DNA of 64,000 nucleotides, taken from NCBI GenBank assembly GCA_903901345.1, contig CAIUQQ010000216.1:3420-67419 (forward strand). The letters run 5' to 3'. A program made the position numbers and the translations under genes. The notes below the pieces were generated by a model, which was not told the origin of the DNA, made no database searches, and saw nothing but the letters and a program-made list of their open reading frames with translations. Shown here in pieces: positions 1 through 10,460 of this stretch; positions within the stretch are counted from its first letter, which is position 1, and each line of letters opens with the position of its first letter. This stretch comes from an uncultured Bacteroidota bacterium. Lineage in GTDB: Bacteria > Bacteroidota > Bacteroidia > UKL13-3.

Positions 1-3000
1 ATTAGAGCTATTTTCGAAGATTCGAAAAAACGAATCTGGCTTGCTTCAGAAAATGGTGTATCTGTTTATGATGGAAAAAAATTCACACGAATTAATCAAG
101 AACAAGGATTTAAAGGACACAGCGCCACAGCTATAACAGAACTTCAAAACAAAATTTTTGTATCAACGGATGATGGTGGTATCAATATTATTTCTTATTC
201 AACAAATGGAAAATATAAAATTAATTATTTGAGCGATGAAAATGGTTTATCATCAAATACAATTTTTTCTTTAATAACAGATAAACATAATCGCATTTGG
301 GCTGCAACCTTTGGAGGCGGAATCAATGTTATTTCTTTTAGCAATAACAAACCAACCGTTCAAGTATTTAAAGGATTTGACAAAATCCCCAGTGATAATT
401 TATACGCTTTGAATATTGATGATGATGAAAATTTATGGATTAGTGCCGAAGAAGTTGGAGTTTTAAAAATTAAGGTAACCCAATTTTTAAACAATAATTA
501 TAGCTATCAATTTTTAAATGATAAAAATGGATTAACTTCTAAAACTATTTGGTGTATTTTGACAGCTAAAAATAATGAGGTTTGGTTTGGAACTTTAGAC
601 AATGGAATTTATAGACTAAAAGACGAAAAAATTATTCAATACAGTGTTAATGAAGGATTAAATGGAAATCAAGTTCTCTCATTTTTTCAAGACCAGAACC
701 GCCATGTTTGGATAGGCATGCAGGGAGAAGGACTTGCGATGCTTCAAGGCGATTATTTTTCTCATTATTCAAAAAATAATGGATTATCTGATAATAAAGT
801 GCAGGCTATTGTTAAAGATAATTTTCAAAATTATTGGTTGGCAACTTCCGAAGGTGGATTAATTAATATGAAATTAGAAAATGGGAAGCCAACATTTACC
901 GTATATAACGAATCATTAGGCCTTCCTACAAATGAATTAAGCTGCTTAGCATTTGGCAATACTACAAATACTAATTTATGGATAGGAACAAATGAAAAAG
1001 GAATTGTGAAATTTGACGGTAAAAATTTCACAAACTACACCACCAATAATGACCTTTCAAATAACAGCGTATACTCTATCTGTGTTGATGATAAAGGAAT
1101 TGTTTGGTGCGGTACAGCCGATGGAATAAGCAGATTTGATGGTGTAAAATTTTTAAATGTTTCTACTGAAAAAATGTTGATGCAAAATGAAGGTGTTAAA
1201 TCTATAGTTTGCGATAAAACAGGAAATGTTTGGTTTGCAACTGCAGGTGGAATAGCAAGGTATGGAGGAAATGAAAAACTCAGAACATTTGATGAGGTGG
1301 AGGGATTAAAGTTTAAAGATGTCAATTCATTAGCGGTTGATAAAAATGATCATATTTGGATTGGCACTAATGGAGGAGGTATTTATAAATTTGATAAAAA
1401 GAAAAATGACAGCCTTGCAATTAGTAACGAGTTAAATGAAATGCAATTGAGTTCAGGCATTATAAAATCGATGGTGTTTTTAAATGATTCAACTTTAATA
1501 GCAGGAACATTTAAAGGTTTCGACAGAATAACTTTTGATAAAAACTTTAAAGTAAAGTCAGTGGTTAATTATAATGCAAATGATGGCTTCATTGGTCAGG
1601 AATGTAATGAAAACGCACTATTTTTAGATACAGATCAAACAGTATGGTTTGGCACAGTAAAAGGATTAACGAAGTATATTCCAAATAAAGAACTTCACTC
1701 AAAATTATCTCCTACTTTAGAAATAACTGATATTCAACTATTTTATAAATCTATCAATTGGCTTGAAAAAGGAGAAAAACTTTTGAGTTGGGAAAACTCA
1801 CCAAGTAAAAGTATTTTCTCTCACTCGGAAAACCATTTAACGTTTAAATTTAATGCAGCTGTTTTAGATAATCCTGAAAAACTATTATACTCTTATATTT
1901 TAGAAGGAAAGGAAACGCAATGGTCGCCTGCAAAACCAAATGCAGAAATCACCTATTCTGGATTAGAACCAGGCAAATATATTTTTAAGGTAAGAGCTAT
2001 TGATGCGACTGCTATTTGGTCAGAGCCACAAACGTTTAGTTTCGAAATTACTCCACCTTGGTATAAAACAAAAATATTTTATATTTCCTCAATTTTATTA
2101 TTAATCATTTCTATTGTTTCTTATGTTAAGTGGCGCGAAAAAAAATTGGTCAAAGAGAAACAAAATTTAGAAAGGATAGTAGATGAAAAAACGCTTGAAA
2201 TTCGAGAGCAAAAAGAAGATATTGCGCATAAACATAAAGAGATTACTGATAGTATTAATTATGCTGAACGAATTCAACGAAGTTTTTTGGCAACTAATCA
2301 AATTTTAGATACTAATTTGAAAGATTATTTTGTGTTCTTTAAACCAAAAGATGTTGTTAGTGGTGATTTTTATTGGGCCGATACCTTGCCAAATGGAAAC
2401 TTCATACTGGTAACTGCTGATAGTACTGGCCATGGCGTACCTGGAGCTATTATGAGTTTATTAAACATTACAAGTTTGGAAAAAGCTATAGAACATTTAA
2501 CAAATCCCGCAGCGATATTAAATCATACTCGTAAAACTATTATTACGCGTTTAAAAAAAGATGGAAGTGCTGAAGGTGGAAAGGATGGAATGGACTGTTG
2601 TGCAATGGTATTTGATTTTAAAAATAAAAAACTATTTGTAGCTGCTGCCAATAATCCAATATGGATTGTCAGAAAAAAGATTATTGATAATTCTGAAGAT
2701 TATAATTATGAGTTAATTGAGATTAAATCAGACAAAATGCCAGTAGGTAAGCATGACAGAGATCAAGAATCATTTGCGCTTCATGAAATTGGTTTAATGG
2801 AAGGAGACATTATTTATTCTTTAACAGATGGTTTCCCTGATCAATTTGGTGGTGAAAAAGGAAAGAAATTCATGAGTAAAAATCTTAAACAATTATTATT
2901 GCAAAACGCTTTCCAAACAATGAATGAGCAAAAACAAATACTAGAAAAAACCTTCTCAAATTGGTTAGGTAACTTAGAGCAAATTGACGATGTGACTGTA

Positions 3001-3021
3001 TTTGGAGTTAAGATAAACTAA
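1..3021 (+). CDS. Membrane sensor: periplasmic beta-propeller (Reg_prop-like) repeats plus Y_Y_Y domain, one TM helix, coiled coil, and a cytoplasmic PP2C/SpoIIE-type Ser/Thr phosphatase domain. 5'-partial: frame 1 is open from nt 1, so the gene starts upstream of the window.
   Basis: Frame 1 has no stop from position 1 to 3019. Repeated G-W/F-GT motifs typical of two-component-regulator propeller repeats. YSYILEGKETQWSP...YIFKVRA matches Y_Y_Y. Hydrophobic helix IFYISSILLLIISIVSYV. DFYWAD...VTADSTGHGVPGA matches the SpoIIE/PP2C metal-binding motif. Confidence 0.8.
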   Translation: MRAIFEDSKKRIWLASENGVSVYDGKKFTRINQEQGFKGHSATAITELQNKIFVSTDDGGINIISYSTNGKYKINYLSDENGLSSNTIFSLITDKHNRIWAATFGGGINVISFSNNKPTVQVFKGFDKIPSDNLYALNIDDDENLWISAEEVGVLKIKVTQFLNNNYSYQFLNDKNGLTSKTIWCILTAKNNEVWFGTLDNGIYRLKDEKIIQYSVNEGLNGNQVLSFFQDQNRHVWIGMQGEGLAMLQGDYFSHYSKNNGLSDNKVQAIVKDNFQNYWLATSEGGLINMKLENGKPTFTVYNESLGLPTNELSCLAFGNTTNTNLWIGTNEKGIVKFDGKNFTNYTTNNDLSNNSVYSICVDDKGIVWCGTADGISRFDGVKFLNVSTEKMLMQNEGVKSIVCDKTGNVWFATAGGIARYGGNEKLRTFDEVEGLKFKDVNSLAVDKNDHIWIGTNGGGIYKFDKKKNDSLAISNELNEMQLSSGIIKSMVFLNDSTLIAGTFKGFDRITFDKNFKVKSVVNYNANDGFIGQECNENALFLDTDQTVWFGTVKGLTKYIPNKELHSKLSPTLEITDIQLFYKSINWLEKGEKLLSWENSPSKSIFSHSENHLTFKFNAAVLDNPEKLLYSYILEGKETQWSPAKPNAEITYSGLEPGKYIFKVRAIDATAIWSEPQTFSFEITPPWYKTKIFYISSILLLIISIVSYVKWREKKLVKEKQNLERIVDEKTLEIREQKEDIAHKHKEITDSINYAERIQRSFLATNQILDTNLKDYFVFFKPKDVVSGDFYWADTLPNGNFILVTADSTGHGVPGAIMSLLNITSLEKAIEHLTNPAAILNHTRKTIITRLKKDGSAEGGKDGMDCCAMVFDFKNKKLFVAAANNPIWIVRKKIIDNSEDYNYELIEIKSDKMPVGKHDRDQESFALHEIGLMEGDIIYSLTDGFPDQFGGEKGKKFMSKNLKQLLLQNAFQTMNEQKQILEKTFSNWLGNLEQIDDVTVFGVKIN

Positions 3022-3043
3022 TTTAGAATAGCTTGTTGAATAT

Positions 3044-4342
3044 TTAATTTTTTCTCATCGAATTCAACCGTCTGATAGCAACAAGTTGATCATAATAAGT
3101 ACCTCTTTGTCTATGATATACATATATAGCATAATCATTTTCAGTTTCCCAGTGGCTGCCTTCGGTTAATGTTTCATCTCCAGCTTTTTGTTTGTCTTTT
3201 AAAAATACAAAGGTATAATTGTAATAGCCTTGTTTCATAAGGATATCACATTCGTACCCAAAGCGTTTGTAATTATAAGTCATTCTATTTGATTTACCCA
3301 ATCGCCAATCAGTCAATTTACCTAATACATAAAAATTACCCTCGCTTTGGGCATTATCGTATGCTAAAAAGAAATGAACCATTACATAATCGGCTTCTGA
3401 ATCAGGGCTTCCTAATGCATCTTGATTTTTAATTAAATAACCACCATTCAAATCATTATAAAAAGAATAGCCTTTATAAGAACGAGGTTCATCTCTTTTG
3501 AGAACTAGGTTATATTTATAAGAGCTGTCTTTGTAAATAGATTCAACTCTTTCGGTATATGTTCGTAACGAACGCGTATCAAAATACCTAAATTCATTTC
3601 CGCCTGTAAAAGTTGATTTATCATCTAAGGAATAGGTTAATTGACGAGGCTCTACAAATGTTGGCTTAATATTATTAATAGCATTATCCCAACGGTTATT
3701 TTGAGTTATTATTACTTTTAAATCGGTAAAAGGGTTCGTTAATTCATAAGCTCCATTTAGTATAGAAAATTCTATATGTTGTTTTTCGTATTGCTCATCG
3801 TTACCAATGGCTTGGCGTATGTTAGCCATTACTGTAATTTTATCTTCAAAAATCATAAAGCGTTTTGTGAGTATTAACTTATCTTTATTATTATCTAAAT
3901 ACACATAAACAATGTAGTTACCAGATTTAGAGAACTGCATATTGGCTTGTGGAAATAATATAGAGTAATGCGTATACTTTTGGAGTGTTACTGTTGAATA
4001 TGCGAAATTTAAAATATTAGCTTCGTAAAAGCCTACCATGTATTCTGAGCTCATTAAATCAGACGGCTCCCAATTAGCATTGCAATGCACAAAACTGATG
4101 GAGTAATTTTTTTTATCTGCATCTAAATCATCAAAACTCAATTCTAATTTTTCAGCACCATTTAAAGGTAGGATTGCTGCTGCATTGTCCCAAGAAGATT
4201 CATGTAATAAGGCTGTTTTAATATTTGATTTATAAACCCAGTCTTCATAGCGAAGCTGATCGTCGTTTACATAATCATCTTGACAAAAAATGGGTAATCC
4301 GTATATTGTTAAATAAAGAAAAAATAGTTTAAAATGAGTCAT
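3044..4342 (-). CDS. Secreted/outer-membrane-associated hypothetical protein; recollection of the DUF5103 (T9SS plug-domain-like) family
   Basis: 432-aa ORF with an N-terminal signal peptide (MTHFKLFFLYLTIYGLPIFCQ). Size and composition typical of Bacteroidetes DUF5103 proteins. The family assignment is from memory, not from a search. Confidence 0.55.
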   Translation of the reverse strand: MTHFKLFFLYLTIYGLPIFCQDDYVNDDQLRYEDWVYKSNIKTALLHESSWDNAAAILPLNGAEKLELSFDDLDADKKNYSISFVHCNANWEPSDLMSSEYMVGFYEANILNFAYSTVTLQKYTHYSILFPQANMQFSKSGNYIVYVYLDNNKDKLILTKRFMIFEDKITVMANIRQAIGNDEQYEKQHIEFSILNGAYELTNPFTDLKVIITQNNRWDNAINNIKPTFVEPRQLTYSLDDKSTFTGGNEFRYFDTRSLRTYTERVESIYKDSSYKYNLVLKRDEPRSYKGYSFYNDLNGGYLIKNQDALGSPDSEADYVMVHFFLAYDNAQSEGNFYVLGKLTDWRLGKSNRMTYNYKRFGYECDILMKQGYYNYTFVFLKDKQKAGDETLTEGSHWETENDYAIYVYHRQRGTYYDQLVAIRRLNSMRKN

Positions 4343-4404
4343 CTTGTTTTAACTGATGTTTGTTGAATAGTAGTAAAGAAATATAATTTAAAATTAAACT
4401 AAAT

Positions 4405-5142
4405 CTACTGCTTAATTAAATCACCTGTACTATTTTTTGTTAAATTGACAGTTTTTGGATTGCCACTATAATAAACATTTCCTGATTGATCTATAACTAC
4501 ATCCATTAAACCATTTTGAGGTGCATTTACATATGCTTTACCTATAGAAACACTGTGCAGATAAACGTAATTGGCTACTTGTAAGTCAGAGGCATATAAA
4601 AAATTAGTTCCTGTGTAATCATTTTCTAAACTGTTAGTGGTACCTGATAAATATATATCACCGTTTCCGTGAGCACTTGCTCTAATAGTGCCTGTGTTAA
4701 CATTTAAAATAATATCACCGGAACTGCCTGTTCTAAAAGTAATAAGATCTTGAGTTATGGTATTAATTGATTCAATATTTCCTATTCCACTATTTAATAG
4801 ATATTTAAAATAAGGTGCGGTAATATAAACTTTAATTTTTTCGTCATAGCCTCTCACCCAGTTACAACGGTTATTGTTAAATACTCTAAGTGTTTCTCCA
4901 TCTAATTCTGTTTTGATAAGTGATTGTAAATTTTTGCCTGCCTCTATCCTCACTTCAAATTCGCTACCTTGAGCGACATATAAATCCATTTTATCTTTAA
5001 GTTCTATGCAATTAAAATCTACAATATCTCTATAGGTTGCTATATGTGCGCCAGATGATTTAATACAATCACACATATTTTCTTTTTTACATGAAAAGAA
5101 AATAAAGCAAATAATAACTGTCAAAATAAATTTATAGTTCAT
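4405..5142 (-). CDS. Lipoprotein with a DUF2807-like beta-helical (putative adhesin head, GIN-like) domain
   Basis: SpII-type signal (FFSCKK). Repetitive G-x-G/D-I-x-L/V beta-strand motifs (GSSGDIILNV, GNGDIYLSG). Confidence 0.55.
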   Translation of the reverse strand: MNYKFILTVIICFIFFSCKKENMCDCIKSSGAHIATYRDIVDFNCIELKDKMDLYVAQGSEFEVRIEAGKNLQSLIKTELDGETLRVFNNNRCNWVRGYDEKIKVYITAPYFKYLLNSGIGNIESINTITQDLITFRTGSSGDIILNVNTGTIRASAHGNGDIYLSGTTNSLENDYTGTNFLYASDLQVANYVYLHSVSIGKAYVNAPQNGLMDVVIDQSGNVYYSGNPKTVNLTKNSTGDLIKQ

Positions 5143-6268
5143 GTGATTTTTTCTTTTTTAAGCTAAAACGATATCCTATACCATAATCAAAATGTGCTGC
5201 AACTGCCCAATGTGATTTCATTGTAAAGTTAAACATTAAGCCATTTTTACAATAATATCTAATACCTATGCGGTGAAAAATAGGACCATCTTCCTTTGGT
5301 TTAGAAATAGCATAGTAACCCATTTCAATAGGTAAACTTATGCGGCCAATATTATAGGCATAACAAGCCTTTACCCCTAATTGAACCAAATCGAGCCAAC
5401 TTTGAGCAGGATGGCCAGAAGTTTTTAAATGGTATTCGTTTTGTAAATCATAATTTACATCAAATCCGGCACCCCACTTATGGGTATTGCGAACATTGTA
5501 ATAATAATTAACTCCAAAAGTATTTGAAAAATATTTAGTTCCTGTAGCTGGTTCATGCTCATTGAAGCCAGCCGCATCCCATATTAAAATTTCATGCTTG
5601 CTTTTCCATGTGGGAGAAGAATCTTGTAATGCCACTTTTGTAACTTCTCCATTTAGTTTATATGTTAAACCTAAATTGAGTGATACAACATTCAATCCTA
5701 AATTAGGCACTTGACTTCGTCCATTAGATGCATGAGAAAATGACAAACCTGGCTCTAACCTTAACTTATTACTTAACTTTAAATGCCACAAAACTTTCCA
5801 TTGAACAAAAGTGTTTAAATGGCTACCAATAGCGATGTTTTTTGGATCGGTATTAATATCAAATTTTTTATTAAGATAAGAAACTCCCCAACAAATTCGA
5901 ACAACTGGGCGCGATGCTCTAACTTTTTTATTTAAAGGGATTTCGATATAAGGAGATAAAGCAAAACAATAGCCTAATTGTTTTGGATTTGAAAAATCGA
6001 TTATATTTAATGATAAACCAACTTCCGGAAAATTATTTTCATGATGCCAACGTTTTGTCCCGGTGGTAGGTTTCACAAAATCAATTTCTATACCTGGAAT
6101 GTAGCCTTTTACTAAATTACCGATCGTACTTTTATGTTCGAAAATAAATCCATAAGAGGGTGCTACTTTAATATAAAAATCTTTTGTACCAGTCATTTTT
6201 TTCTGAGAAAAAACAACCAATGAGTAAATTATAAGATAGTATGTTAATAGATTTTTCAACGGATTCAA
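5132..6268 (-). CDS. Outer-membrane beta-barrel protein, acyloxyacyl hydrolase / PagL-like lipid A deacylase family (tentative)
   Basis: Signal peptide, alternating amphipathic beta-strand pattern, and conserved H/S/N residues near the C-terminus. Overlaps the upstream gene by 11 nt, so the two are probably co-transcribed. Confidence 0.45.
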   Translation of the reverse strand: MNPLKNLLTYYLIIYSLVVFSQKKMTGTKDFYIKVAPSYGFIFEHKSTIGNLVKGYIPGIEIDFVKPTTGTKRWHHENNFPEVGLSLNIIDFSNPKQLGYCFALSPYIEIPLNKKVRASRPVVRICWGVSYLNKKFDINTDPKNIAIGSHLNTFVQWKVLWHLKLSNKLRLEPGLSFSHASNGRSQVPNLGLNVVSLNLGLTYKLNGEVTKVALQDSSPTWKSKHEILIWDAAGFNEHEPATGTKYFSNTFGVNYYYNVRNTHKWGAGFDVNYDLQNEYHLKTSGHPAQSWLDLVQLGVKACYAYNIGRISLPIEMGYYAISKPKEDGPIFHRIGIRYYCKNGLMFNFTMKSHWAVAAHFDYGIGYRFSLKKKKSHEL

Positions 6269-6497
6269 AAATAATTATAAAATCTTAATGATACGCATTT
6301 AAAAAAGTGTCCTATTTGATTTTTAACAAATAAAAAAAATTACATCATTCATTCAAGATTAAAAATTTAAAATGTTGAATAAATGTTTATATAAATCAGT
6401 TATAAAATGCTTGTAAAATGCTAGTTTAAAGCTAAACTTGCTAATTACAGTGCTAATTAAACTTTATGCAAAATGTTAATGATACAAATTTTATAAT

Positions 6498-8714
6498 ATG
6501 CCAACTAAATATCTATTCTTACTAATCACTTTTTTAAGTTTTGTTGTTTCATCATTTTCTCAAACAAATACCAGAAAATGGCGTAAAACCGAAAATGACT
6601 CTATGGAACGTTCATTGCTACTTTACTACGAGGCAAATTATATCATGGCATTGCCTATTTATGAGAAATTGTATTCAGCACATCCAAAAGAAGAATATTT
6701 GAAGTATTGTTATGGACGTTGTGCTTTATATAGGAGTGATAAGCATAATGTAGCTTTAAGTTTATTGAATGAAGTGTATCAAAAAAACAAAAAAATTGAA
6801 AATATAAAATTTGATTTAGCTAAAGCCAATCATTTTAACTTAAAATTTGACGAAGCTCTGACTCTTTTGGATGAATTTTTGGCGGACAAAAAAGTAAAAC
6901 CAGAAATAAAAAAAGAAGCTAATCAATTAAAGTTATATTGTATTAACGCTAAGAAGTTTTTTGCTAATCCAACCAATGCCAAAATTGAAAATGTTGGAAA
7001 CACAATAAATACAGTTAATGATGAGTATGTTCCTGTTATTTCTGCAGATGAATCTATTATGATATATACTTACAGAGGTACTCAAAGCATGGGTGGATTA
7101 CAAGACGCTTTCCAACAAATAGATCCTTATGGTTTTTATTATGAAGATGTTTATCAATCTAACAAAGAAAATGGACAATGGACAAAACCTAACCCCATCT
7201 CAACTATTAATACTAATTCGCACGATGCGGCCATAGCCTTAAGTGCCGATGGCCAACAATTATTTGTATATAAAGATAATGCAGACGATCATGGTGATAT
7301 TTATGTAATTTATTTTGCAAATAATGCGTGGACTGTTCCTCAAAAATTAAGAGGTGAGGTAAACTCTTATTCATGGGATGGAAGTTGTTCGATGACTGCC
7401 GATGGAAAACAATTATATTATAGTAGCGAGCGTGGTGGTGGTTATGGTGGAAAAGATATTTACAGAGCAACCTTACAACCTGATAGCACTTGGGGTCAAG
7501 TGATAAACTTGGGTGATAGTATCAATACAGCTTTGGATGATGATGCGCCTTTTATTCATCCTGATGGTGTAACATTGTTTTATAGCTCTAAAGGAAAAAA
7601 TAGTATGGGAGGATACGATATTTTTCAAGCTCGGTTAAATATATTAGATTCTTCGTTCAATCAGCCCGTAAATTTAGGTTATCCTATCAATACACCTGAT
7701 GATGACATTTACTATGTTCTTTCTGCTAATGGAGAACGAGGTTATTATGCCTCTGGAAAACAAGGTGGCTATGGCTTAAAAGATATTTATACAGTTTACC
7801 CAGGTTATGTTGGAAAAAAACCATCTTTATTTATTGTTAAAGGTAAAATTACTGTCGACTTACAGCCTGTGGAATCAAATATTACTGTGGAAATAACAAG
7901 TAAAAACAATAATCAATTTGGCGAATTTAAAAGTAATTCTTTGAATGGGAATTATTTGATTTCTTTACCTGCTGGTGGTATTTTTAATATAACTTATAAG
8001 TACAATAAATTCCCACATAAATCAATAGAAATTAACACAATGAACTTAGAAGGATATGATGAAAAGTTATATGATATAGAGTTCAATAATAAGGATACAA
8101 CAAAACCTATTGCAACTCTTGCGCCTAAAGATTCAATTGTTGCTGTTGTTGTAGTAAAAGATGTAGTAAAAGAAAAAGATGTGAAGAAGGAAGAAGTAAA
8201 GAAAGCAATTACAAAAAAAGAAGATGTAACGCAACCAATAGTAAAGAAAGAATTAGTAAAACAATCGTTTGTTAAAAAGGAAGAACCGAAACCTTCCATT
8301 GCAAAAAAAGAACAATTACCTATTGAGAAACAACCTGTTATTATAGTTCGCAAAAAAGAAGGCTCTGTTCCACGAAATGCGGCTCAACAAAAAAACAGAG
8401 TGTATAGCGAACTTTATTCTGATATCAGTGCAGAAGGATTAGAATTTAAAGTACAAATTGCTGCTTATAAATATCCTAAAAATTATTTATACATACATTT
8501 AAAAGGTTTAGGTGCTATACAAAATTTAATACTTAATGATGATATTACTCGAATTACCATCGGTGGATCATTTAACACTATTGGTAAAGCATACGAACGA
8601 TGTGAAAAGGTAATAGCTGCTGGTCAAAATGATGCCTTTGTCACAGTAATATACAAAGGAAAACGAATCTATTTAGAAGATTTAGAAACGATGGGGATTT
8701 ATGTAAAAAAGTAA
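6498..8714 (+). CDS. Exported multidomain protein: N-terminal TPR-like region, TolB-like (PD40/WD40-like) beta-propeller repeats, Lys/Glu/Val-rich low-complexity linker, C-terminal SPOR-like domain
   Basis: Signal peptide. Repeated ...DxxPxxxxDGxxLYFSS... PD40-like units (LFVYKDNADDHGDIY, LYYSSERGGGYGGKDIY, LFYSSKGKNSMGGYDIF). KKE/VKK repeats at nt ~8150-8350. C-terminal FKVQIAAYKYPKN resembles the SPOR-domain core. Confidence 0.6.
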   Translation: MPTKYLFLLITFLSFVVSSFSQTNTRKWRKTENDSMERSLLLYYEANYIMALPIYEKLYSAHPKEEYLKYCYGRCALYRSDKHNVALSLLNEVYQKNKKIENIKFDLAKANHFNLKFDEALTLLDEFLADKKVKPEIKKEANQLKLYCINAKKFFANPTNAKIENVGNTINTVNDEYVPVISADESIMIYTYRGTQSMGGLQDAFQQIDPYGFYYEDVYQSNKENGQWTKPNPISTINTNSHDAAIALSADGQQLFVYKDNADDHGDIYVIYFANNAWTVPQKLRGEVNSYSWDGSCSMTADGKQLYYSSERGGGYGGKDIYRATLQPDSTWGQVINLGDSINTALDDDAPFIHPDGVTLFYSSKGKNSMGGYDIFQARLNILDSSFNQPVNLGYPINTPDDDIYYVLSANGERGYYASGKQGGYGLKDIYTVYPGYVGKKPSLFIVKGKITVDLQPVESNITVEITSKNNNQFGEFKSNSLNGNYLISLPAGGIFNITYKYNKFPHKSIEINTMNLEGYDEKLYDIEFNNKDTTKPIATLAPKDSIVAVVVVKDVVKEKDVKKEEVKKAITKKEDVTQPIVKKELVKQSFVKKEEPKPSIAKKEQLPIEKQPVIIVRKKEGSVPRNAAQQKNRVYSELYSDISAEGLEFKVQIAAYKYPKNYLYIHLKGLGAIQNLILNDDITRITIGGSFNTIGKAYERCEKVIAAGQNDAFVTVIYKGKRIYLEDLETMGIYVKK

Positions 8715-8914
8715 CCATAAACTTTTAAGAAGGTTAACTCCCAGTAGATTTAATAAGCCAATTGATTTGATTTAGATTATAGTAAAAGAGATTTAATAAT
8801 GTACTATTATTAGACAGCTAATTTATTATTTTGAAAATGATAAATAATTTAGAGTCTGTTAAAATTTATATTGTAATAATTGTTATGAAGTATTTTTGAG
8901 CGAATTGCTCTTAA

Positions 8915-10105
8915 CTACTTAATTAATCCAGCTTTTTCTCGTTTACCGTAATCAATAATCAAAAAATAATACATCAATACACCAAAAGCGTAAAGGCCAG
9001 ATGTAATTAAAAAGATATTTACAAAAGGATAGCCCTTGCTAAACATAACTTTGACCATCAAACCACTAATAACCCAACTTCCGCTCCAAATAGCGGCGGT
9101 GAGGGCTGACGTAATTTCTCTGTTTTTTTCCCCTACATAATTCATTAACAACTCCGACGTCATTGGACCCGCCATGTTCATTAATGGTTGACGTAACAAA
9201 TAACAAATGATTGCAATATACACAGCAATGCTATATTGACTATAAAATTGGGTTGTGGCCAAGGCTACTAAAGAAATTACTGCCAACGACTGTGTAGTAG
9301 GAATCGCAATTTTATAACCTATGTTATCCTTAATACGAGGCACCAGCATCGCTCCCCAAGCAACTAAAACCGCAGCAATTGCGCTAACAATTGAAAAATC
9401 TCCTTTACCTAAATGATGTACTTTATCAAAAAACAAACTGATAAAGGGAATGGTTAAGCCTGCGCCAGTTGCAATAATAAGAGTTGGAATCAGTCCTTTA
9501 AAAATCAATAACCAATCGGGTTTTTCTTTAGGCATTTTACTATCATTTGTTTTTTTATCATCAATTTCTTCTTTCAAATTAACCTGATTCATAAAATACA
9601 AACCTCCAAAGCCTAATATAGAAAATAGAATCAAAATTTTTTCTTCATCAAAAAACCAGGGATTGATTCGATCTAAAAAGGCAATGATAATGCCACTAGC
9701 AATGCCTGCAAAACTCCAGGTACTATAAGTTAGCGCAATGCCAGATGTGTGATTTTCTTTGGATTCGTTTCTTAAAATAAATGGAATGATGGGGATTTGC
9801 ATAAAGGTAAACGAAGCACCCCATAGTAATAGTGCTACATATATAAGAACCGTTAGTTTAAAATAAATGCATAATACAATGCATAATCCAAATAAGGGCA
9901 CTAAAATAGAAGACAAATAAAAGAAAGGCTTCATAGCTCTACCCTTAATGATATTACCAATTGGCAAAGCCAATGCAAACACACCTAAAAATCTGAATGT
10001 TATAAATAAAGCAATTTCCTCATTACTAAAGCCTTTACGATTCATGTATAGAGGTAAAATGTTCATGAACGTAGCATTTACCATTTGAATAAAAAACTCG
10101 GCCAT
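8915..10105 (-). CDS. MFS-type transporter (about 12 TM helices)
   Basis: Hydrophobic helices throughout, with a basic loop between TM6 and TM7. The probable true start is the internal Met (MAEFFIQMVN...), not the longer ORF start at 10189. Confidence 0.75.
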   Translation of the reverse strand: MAEFFIQMVNATFMNILPLYMNRKGFSNEEIALFITFRFLGVFALALPIGNIIKGRAMKPFFYLSSILVPLFGLCIVLCIYFKLTVLIYVALLLWGASFTFMQIPIIPFILRNESKENHTSGIALTYSTWSFAGIASGIIIAFLDRINPWFFDEEKILILFSILGFGGLYFMNQVNLKEEIDDKKTNDSKMPKEKPDWLLIFKGLIPTLIIATGAGLTIPFISLFFDKVHHLGKGDFSIVSAIAAVLVAWGAMLVPRIKDNIGYKIAIPTTQSLAVISLVALATTQFYSQYSIAVYIAIICYLLRQPLMNMAGPMTSELLMNYVGEKNREITSALTAAIWSGSWVISGLMVKVMFSKGYPFVNIFLITSGLYAFGVLMYYFLIIDYGKREKAGLIK

Positions 10106-10460
10106 TACAACATTAATAATAGCCGATTTTAATTTTTTATAATCCTTGATAAAGGCAAACATAAATGAGGTAATTGAAAACCTGCACAAAAATAGTATTT
10201 ATTACCTCAAAATAGACTTTACTTTTTTAATGCTCAGGTATACTTATTTCTATTTCTTTTATTTTTTGTCATTGTATTATCTAAATTTGACTTTACATCC
10301 TTTTTTGTGGTTAAAAGACTTATTTTAACTAGTTTTTTCAATTATTATATGTTTCCATTATTCCAACTTTTTTCCAAATTACGGAAAATCTACAAGATGA
10401 TGAATCAAAATGTTTTTTTTATTTGGATTATTGTATCATAGTTTAATTAAAAATATTTTC

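Noticed and set aside
831-1325. Minus-strand ORFs (66 and 96 aa) antisense within the sensor gene
   Set aside because: They lie entirely inside a strongly supported long plus-strand CDS. Composition is low-complexity and typical of antisense frames in AT-rich DNA.
7213-8353. Minus-strand ORFs (85 and 119 aa) inside the TolB-like/SPOR gene
   Set aside because: Antisense to a well-supported CDS. The 119-aa one is a mirror of the Lys-rich repeat (F/T/S-rich nonsense).
10146-10328. 60-aa plus-strand ORF overlapping the MFS gene 5' end
   Set aside because: Highly hydrophobic or aromatic nonsense with no RBS context. Likely spurious.
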